A DNA stretch of 64,000 bases, taken from Candidatus Aminicenantes bacterium. GTDB lineage: Bacteria; Acidobacteriota; Aminicenantia; Aminicenantales; Saccharicenantaceae. The stretch's first letter is position 1. Every line of letters starts with the position of its first letter. Below are positions 59,008-64,000 of the stretch, one piece after another. The DNA lies in NCBI GenBank assembly GCA_014360015.1, contig JACIYJ010000003.1, positions 140,821 through 204,820 on the forward strand, in the 5' to 3' direction. Below the pieces are notes generated by a model. That model did not search any database. It had not been told where the DNA came from and worked only from the letters and a program-made list of their open reading frames with translations. The translations under genes were made by a program, and so were the position numbers.

Positions 59008-60084
59008 ATGTTCGGGTTAGCCAAAGAAAAGAGTGTGGTCGGACTCGATATCGGGTCCTACTCTGTCAAGGCAGTCGAATTAAAGATTAAAAAGAAGGGA
59101 GAAAATACTCAATACGAGGTCCAGAAAATTGGCTACGAACCCCTTCCCCATGATGCCATCGTTGAAGGAACCATCATTGACTCAACTGCTGTCAGCGAAA
59201 CCGTTAAGCTGCTGTTCGAAAATGCCAAAATTTCTAACAAAGATGTAGCCATCTCCATCTCCGGAAACTCAGTGATCATTAAGAAAATTTCCTTACCGAA
59301 CATGGATCCCCAGGAGCTGGCTGAATCCATCATCTGGGAAGCCAAACATAACATCCCCTACCCTTACGAAGAAACCAACGTTGACTACGCCGTGATGAAA
59401 TCTTCAAGAACAGCTGAGGGAAACGTGGATATACTTCTGGTAGGAGCCAAAAAGGATAAGATCGCCAATTACAGTAACGCCATTTCCATGGCCAGAAAAA
59501 ACCTAATAGCCATTGAAGTAGACATTTTTTCTCTGATCAACGCTTTTGAAATCAACTACCCCGAACTGTTCAAAGAAAAGACAGTGGCCCTTATTAATAT
59601 GGGAGCTAATATTACTAATGTGGGTATAGTGGAAAGGGGTGTTCCCCAGCTGTTCAGGGACTTATCGCTCGGTGGCTATTTCTTTACTGAGAATATCCGG
59701 AAAGAACTAAACGTCAGTTTTGAAGAAGCTGAGGCTGCTTTGAAAGGTATTCCGGGAAAGAATCTCAATCCTGATCAATTTGCGGCTGTTCTGACCATGA
59801 ACATCAGGGATCTTCTTGATGAGATGGAAAAAACCTTCTCTTTCTATGAAGCTGGCGAAAAAAGAGAGCGCCGGATCGAACAGATTTTTTTGAGCGGTGG
59901 ACTGTCCCTCATTCCTAACATGGTCAGCGCCTTTGAATTGAAATTCAGGATCAAGACCGAGCTGTTTAATCCCTTTAGGTCGATCAAATATGACGAAAAG
60001 AAATTCGACCCGATTTACTTTAACGAAATGGCCCCGGTTTTTGGGGTGGCTGTTGGACTTTCAACGAGAAAGGTCGAGAAATAA
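59008..60084 (+). CDS. pilM: Type IV pilus assembly protein PilM
   Basis: VGLDIGSYSVKAVELK is the N-terminus of an actin-like ATPase fold. The protein is followed by pilN, pilO, pilP and pilQ. Confidence 0.85.
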   Translation: MFGLAKEKSVVGLDIGSYSVKAVELKIKKKGENTQYEVQKIGYEPLPHDAIVEGTIIDSTAVSETVKLLFENAKISNKDVAISISGNSVIIKKISLPNMDPQELAESIIWEAKHNIPYPYEETNVDYAVMKSSRTAEGNVDILLVGAKKDKIANYSNAISMARKNLIAIEVDIFSLINAFEINYPELFKEKTVALINMGANITNVGIVERGVPQLFRDLSLGGYFFTENIRKELNVSFEEAEAALKGIPGKNLNPDQFAAVLTMNIRDLLDEMEKTFSFYEAGEKRERRIEQIFLSGGLSLIPNMVSAFELKFRIKTELFNPFRSIKYDEKKFDPIYFNEMAPVFGVAVGLSTRKVEK

Positions 60085-60087
60085 GCC

Positions 60088-60720
60088 ATGATCAGGATTA
60101 ATTTATTAAAGCCAGAAGCTAAGGAAATCAGGGAACCTATACCGACAGGTTTACCTAAGATATCAAAAGAAAGAAAAAAAGCCAGCCTTGGGACGATCAT
60201 CTTTCTGCTGTTGCTCGTCAGCTTAGCCGGTTACTATTTCTACCAGAACTGGGAAATTCAGAAGGAAAAACAGCTCATAGCTCAAGCCCAGCAAGAAAAA
60301 AACCAGCTGCAGTATGTGGTAGCAAAACTGGACGAAGTCAAGATCCAGAAAGCCAAGCTGGAAATGAAGATCAACCTGATTAAGCAGTTAAAAAGCCATC
60401 AGGATATCGCCGTAAAAATAATGGATGAGATCAACCGAAGAATTCCTGATTTTGTCTGGCTGAAAGAAGCCAGCTATGACGGTCAGATTCTAAAGATCAA
60501 AGGCGAAGCTATTTCCAACAATCTGATTGCTGATTTTATCACCAACCTGGAACGCAGCGAGACCTTCGGTCAGGTCAATCTGATTGATTCTACTCAGAAA
60601 ACAGAAGGAGGCGCCGTTTATCTTGAGTTCAATCTGACCGTGCCTGTGATTAAACCTCAGTTAGCCCCGCCAGAACCCCCAAAAAGCCCGGCGACTCCCC
60701 AGACTACAAGAAGGAGATAA
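60088..60720 (+). CDS. pilN: Type IV pilus assembly protein PilN
   Basis: MIRINLLK is the N-terminus. The protein has a single TM helix and a coiled coil, and sits between pilM and pilO. Confidence 0.8.
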   Translation: MIRINLLKPEAKEIREPIPTGLPKISKERKKASLGTIIFLLLLVSLAGYYFYQNWEIQKEKQLIAQAQQEKNQLQYVVAKLDEVKIQKAKLEMKINLIKQLKSHQDIAVKIMDEINRRIPDFVWLKEASYDGQILKIKGEAISNNLIADFITNLERSETFGQVNLIDSTQKTEGGAVYLEFNLTVPVIKPQLAPPEPPKSPATPQTTRRR

Positions 60721-60722
60721 CC

Positions 60723-61307
60723 ATGAGAAACTGGCCGTGGTATGGACATTTAATCCTGGCAGTGGTAATCTTCGGGGTGGCTTTCTTTTTCTATTTCAAG
60801 CCGCGCAATGTTGAACTCCAGAGCCTGCGGGAATCAAGAGAGAAGCTGGAAAAAGAAGTCCAGGTTTTAAAGGAAAAGAAAAAAGAACTGGATAAGATCG
60901 AAGCCGAATTAGTTGTTCTGAATGCTACTCTAAAAGATCTGGAACAGATTATTCCCCAGAAAAAAGAAATTGCTGACATCCTCAGAAGAATCCAGCAACT
61001 GGCTTATGATTCTCGACTGAACGTTCTTAAGTTTCATCCTCAGGGCGAAATCAAGAAGGATTTTTACGCGGAGTGGCCGATTAATATCGAAATTTCTGGG
61101 ACCTATCACAATTTGGGAATATTCTTCGATAAACTCAGCAAATTCTCCAGGCTATTCAACATCAATAATTTTTCCATCAATGCCCTGAACAATCAAACCG
61201 ACTCTCTGACCATCGGTTCTAAATTTGTGGCCACCACTTATTACTTCCTCGAAGAACAGCCACAACCGGCCAAAACTGCCGCAACCTCTCAACAAAAGAG
61301 GAATTAA
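60723..61307 (+). CDS. pilO: Type IV pilus assembly protein PilO
   Basis: A TM helix and coiled coil are followed by a PilO-like core domain. Its position is canonical. Confidence 0.75.
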   Translation: MRNWPWYGHLILAVVIFGVAFFFYFKPRNVELQSLRESREKLEKEVQVLKEKKKELDKIEAELVVLNATLKDLEQIIPQKKEIADILRRIQQLAYDSRLNVLKFHPQGEIKKDFYAEWPINIEISGTYHNLGIFFDKLSKFSRLFNINNFSINALNNQTDSLTIGSKFVATTYYFLEEQPQPAKTAATSQQKRN

Positions 61308-61308
61308 C

Positions 61309-61788
61309 ATGAGAAAAACATTACCTTTGATTCTGGTGTTTTTAATGATGGGTGGTGTCGGGTTCTTTGCCCAAGTCCGGGGTCAGGAAGTCCAGAAAAC
61401 CGAACAGCAGGAAACTGTGATCTCCCCGCAGCAGGCCCTAAGCACTCTTCCCCCGCGGGCCTCATATGATCCCGGTGGCCGGAGAGACCCGTTCAAAGAT
61501 CTGATCGGTGGTGGACGAGTCAGCGGGAAAGCCTCGACCACTGAAGGACAATTAACCATAGATAATGCCACACTTGTAGGCATTGTTAAAACCCCAAAGG
61601 GCTTTGTAGCCATTGTTTCTGGCCCTCAGCAGTTCCCGTATTTTCTGAAAATAGGTGACAAACTGGCTGATGGCTATGTTTTCTCAATTAACGATTCTCA
61701 GGTTATTTTTCGCAAGACTCATGAACGTGGCTTCCCTTTGATAAGGCCCAGAAACGTTGTAAAAGAAATCAATCCGGAGGAGCGTTAA
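61309..61788 (+). CDS. pilP: Type IV pilus assembly protein PilP
   Basis: The ATG at 61309 follows the pilO stop. The protein has a signal peptide, an RDPF motif and a C-terminal beta domain. The ORF-track start at 61225 would overlap pilO and is rejected. Confidence 0.7.
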   Translation: MRKTLPLILVFLMMGGVGFFAQVRGQEVQKTEQQETVISPQQALSTLPPRASYDPGGRRDPFKDLIGGGRVSGKASTTEGQLTIDNATLVGIVKTPKGFVAIVSGPQQFPYFLKIGDKLADGYVFSINDSQVIFRKTHERGFPLIRPRNVVKEINPEER

Positions 61789-61789
61789 C

Positions 61790-64000
61790 ATGAAAAGGAA
61801 AATTTGTTGGCTTAAGCTGGCCGTAATAAATTTAATACTGGTTTTGAGCCTGATGGTTCAGGCTGCTACGCCAGCAATAAACCTGACTAAAATCGAGGTT
61901 AAACCTGGAATTCTTTCGACCAGAGTTATCTTTCTGTCTACCGGTCCCATGAGGGTCCAGAAAGCTGCTTATGTGTCGCCGGCTCCCCCGGTCCTGTTGC
62001 TCGAACTTATCAATGTCAAGCCGGTTGAGCTCCCAGCTTTAATGCAGATCGATAGCCGGCTGGTAAAAACTATTCAGCTCGAACCGGAAGAAGAAAATCT
62101 TAAAGTTCTTTTTCAACTGAAGGAAAAGGTTCCTTATCGGCTTGCTGTAGAAGATGGAAAGACTGTTCTTGAACTTAATGAATTCCTCAGAGCTTCTGAT
62201 TACCTGATTGACCCGGCTATCAAGGCCCTGATCAAACCGGAAAATCAAATTTATTTCAGCAACCTGAACATTAAGAATAACCCCGGACAGGTCAGTTTCA
62301 AGATTGCTTTAACCGGCGAAGCCTTAGTCCAGACTTTTGCCCTTGATAACCCCAATCGTCTGGTGGTTGACCTGCTGAATACTCAATACCAGAAACCCAG
62401 TCAGGCCTACCAGATAGGTAAAGCCAATGTGGAAAAGGTCAGAATTGGCCAGTTCAAACTCTCCGATCCCTGCCCAATCACCAGACTGGTCTTTGACCTG
62501 AAAGATGCCGCCTGGTATGCTCTCGACGCCTCTAAAAACGGATTGACCATCACTTTCTTCGCCTCGAACGAAGTGATTATGGCTGAAAATAAAGTGGGAA
62601 AAGCACCGACAGTCGGCCAAGAACCGATTCCAACTACCATGGCTAATGCCCTTCCTGTCCCTGAAGAAACAACCAGAACCGTAAAACAACCAGAAAACCA
62701 GCCTGAGGCTAAACCGGTGAAGATAAAACCCGAATCCCTCAACAATAAAACTGAAGCTGAGCCAGAATCAAAAGCATCGAAAAGCGTCCTGCCCCAACCT
62801 CAACAGCAAGAAAAATTTAAACCGAGGGTAATCCAGGCTGCTGAAGATAAATATTCAGGAGAACTGATCAGCTTAAAATTCAAAGATGCAGACCTCAGAG
62901 ACGTGATTTTATTCCTGGCTGATTTTGCTGGTCTAAACGTCATTTTTGACCCGGAGGTCAGGGGCTCTGTCACCTGCAACCTTCAGGACGTGCCCTGGGA
63001 CCAGGCCCTGGAAATCGTTCTCAGACAGAATAAGATGGGCAAGGTCATTGAAGGTAATGTTCTCAGGATAGCCCCTATAGATACTTTATCCAGGGAAGAT
63101 GAAGAAATAAGAAGATTGAAAGAGAGCAAAGAGCTGGCCGGTCCAATTCAGGTTAAAACCATAACCCTCTCCTATTCCAAAGCCAGAGATGTTCAGAATC
63201 TGCTCCGGAGCAAACTTTCCAAGAGCGGTGAGATCGTCATCGACGAAAGAACCAACACTCTGATCATCTCTGAAGTTAAAGACCGGATGGAACTTTTGGA
63301 AAAATTGATTGCTGTCCTCGACACCCCGACCCCACAGGTATCAATCGAAGCCAGAATCGTTGAAGCCACTTCTACTTTTATCAGAAACCTGGGCATTCAG
63401 TGGGGATATAAGGGCATTATTGACCCGTTCTACGGAAACCAAACTTCCATCCAGTTCCCAAATAAAATCCTGGCTGACGGCTCGATGATTCCTCAGGGTA
63501 TCGTGACTAAAGGAATCGGTGGCCCGTTGGGTGGCTACGCCATTAACCTGCCGGCGCCAGCTTTCAATACAGCTGTTGGCTTCTCTTTCGCCAACGTTCT
63601 GGACACCTTCAGGCTGGATGTGGCTCTATCAGGGCTCGAAACTTCTGGTCAGGGCCGGATAATCTCTTCGCCAAAAGTAACCACCCAGAACAATCAGCCT
63701 GCAGAAATCATCCAGGGCCGTCAGATTCCGGTGCAAACCGTGGCCAATTTCACCGTGACCACCAGATATGTCAATGCCGCCCTGGAACTTAGAGCCACTC
63801 CACAGATCACTGCCGAAGGCACAATCATCATGAACATAGAAATCCAGAACAATGCCGCTGATTTTGCCAACCTGGTCAATGGTATTCCACCCATCACCAC
63901 CCAGAGCGCCAAAACCACAGTCATGGTGCCTGATGGGGGGACAACGGTCATCGGTGGAATTTATAGAACAGAAGATTCCATCACCAGAGACCGCGTGCCC
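61790..64000 (+). CDS. pilQ: Type IV pilus secretin PilQ (3' end lies outside the window)
   Basis: The frame is open from the ATG at 61790 to the window end (737 codons) and is not listed in the ORF track. It encodes a signal peptide, two AMIN-like domains, a P/E/K linker, N0/N1 domains and a secretin core (VTTQNNQPAEIIQGRQIPV...GGTTVIGGIYR). Confidence 0.85.
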   Translation, partial: MKRKICWLKLAVINLILVLSLMVQAATPAINLTKIEVKPGILSTRVIFLSTGPMRVQKAAYVSPAPPVLLLELINVKPVELPALMQIDSRLVKTIQLEPEEENLKVLFQLKEKVPYRLAVEDGKTVLELNEFLRASDYLIDPAIKALIKPENQIYFSNLNIKNNPGQVSFKIALTGEALVQTFALDNPNRLVVDLLNTQYQKPSQAYQIGKANVEKVRIGQFKLSDPCPITRLVFDLKDAAWYALDASKNGLTITFFASNEVIMAENKVGKAPTVGQEPIPTTMANALPVPEETTRTVKQPENQPEAKPVKIKPESLNNKTEAEPESKASKSVLPQPQQQEKFKPRVIQAAEDKYSGELISLKFKDADLRDVILFLADFAGLNVIFDPEVRGSVTCNLQDVPWDQALEIVLRQNKMGKVIEGNVLRIAPIDTLSREDEEIRRLKESKELAGPIQVKTITLSYSKARDVQNLLRSKLSKSGEIVIDERTNTLIISEVKDRMELLEKLIAVLDTPTPQVSIEARIVEATSTFIRNLGIQWGYKGIIDPFYGNQTSIQFPNKILADGSMIPQGIVTKGIGGPLGGYAINLPAPAFNTAVGFSFANVLDTFRLDVALSGLETSGQGRIISSPKVTTQNNQPAEIIQGRQIPVQTVANFTVTTRYVNAALELRATPQITAEGTIIMNIEIQNNAADFANLVNGIPPITTQSAKTTVMVPDGGTTVIGGIYRTEDSITRDRVP

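Noticed and set aside
61225-61308. N-terminal extension of pilP overlapping pilO
   Set aside because: It is in a different frame and overlaps the pilO 3' end. The ATG at 61309 immediately follows the pilO stop and begins a normal signal peptide.

Overview
This is a gene-dense (roughly 90% coding) chromosomal segment of about 45% GC from a diderm bacterium. It encodes a PilQ secretin and a signal-peptide peptidase, and is probably from an uncultivated or deep-branching lineage: it carries an archaeal-type bifunctional FBP aldolase/phosphatase, an MglA-like GTPase and a DRG/TGS-like GTPase. The housekeeping content is the 3' end of rpoD followed by a tRNA(CAT), a fadD-like acyl-CoA ligase, gyrB-gyrA, two paralogous M28 peptidases flanking ppiA, psd-pssA, an M23 peptidase, a NUDIX protein, and a complete dcw cluster (mraZ-rsmH-ftsL-ftsI-murE-murF-mraY-murD-ftsW-murG-murC-ftsQ-ftsA-ftsZ, without murB or ddl). 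It continues with a hutI-like amidohydrolase, a B12-radical-SAM protein plus an APC permease, comM, truA, rimI-tsaB, an IDH/IMDH-family dehydrogenase, sppA, an ftsB-like gene, a phosphohexomutase, pcm, coaD and pilMNOPQ. pilQ runs off the window end and is absent from the ORF track. The best candidate for an undescribed system is a five-gene minus-strand operon (45853..48981). It holds an ECF sigma factor and a zf-HC2 anti-sigma factor embedded among three paralogous secreted proteins that share a roughly 80-aa C-terminal domain ending in a hydrophobic-x-hydrophobic-W-(L/I)-E motif, which I cannot place in a named family. Other notable points are an orphan MglA-like GTPase with a long charged tail and a Fur-type 7-1-7 box at its promoter, an 811-aa membrane protein with an internally duplicated TM module around a degenerate spermidine-synthase fold, and a C16 homopolymer acting as the -35/-10 spacer of the sppA promoter. 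I also note MraZ operator repeats at mraZ, a DRG-like GTPase with a DTPP G3 motif, and lysine-rich tails on GyrA, TsaB and MglA. No CRISPR array, IS element or rRNA was seen.
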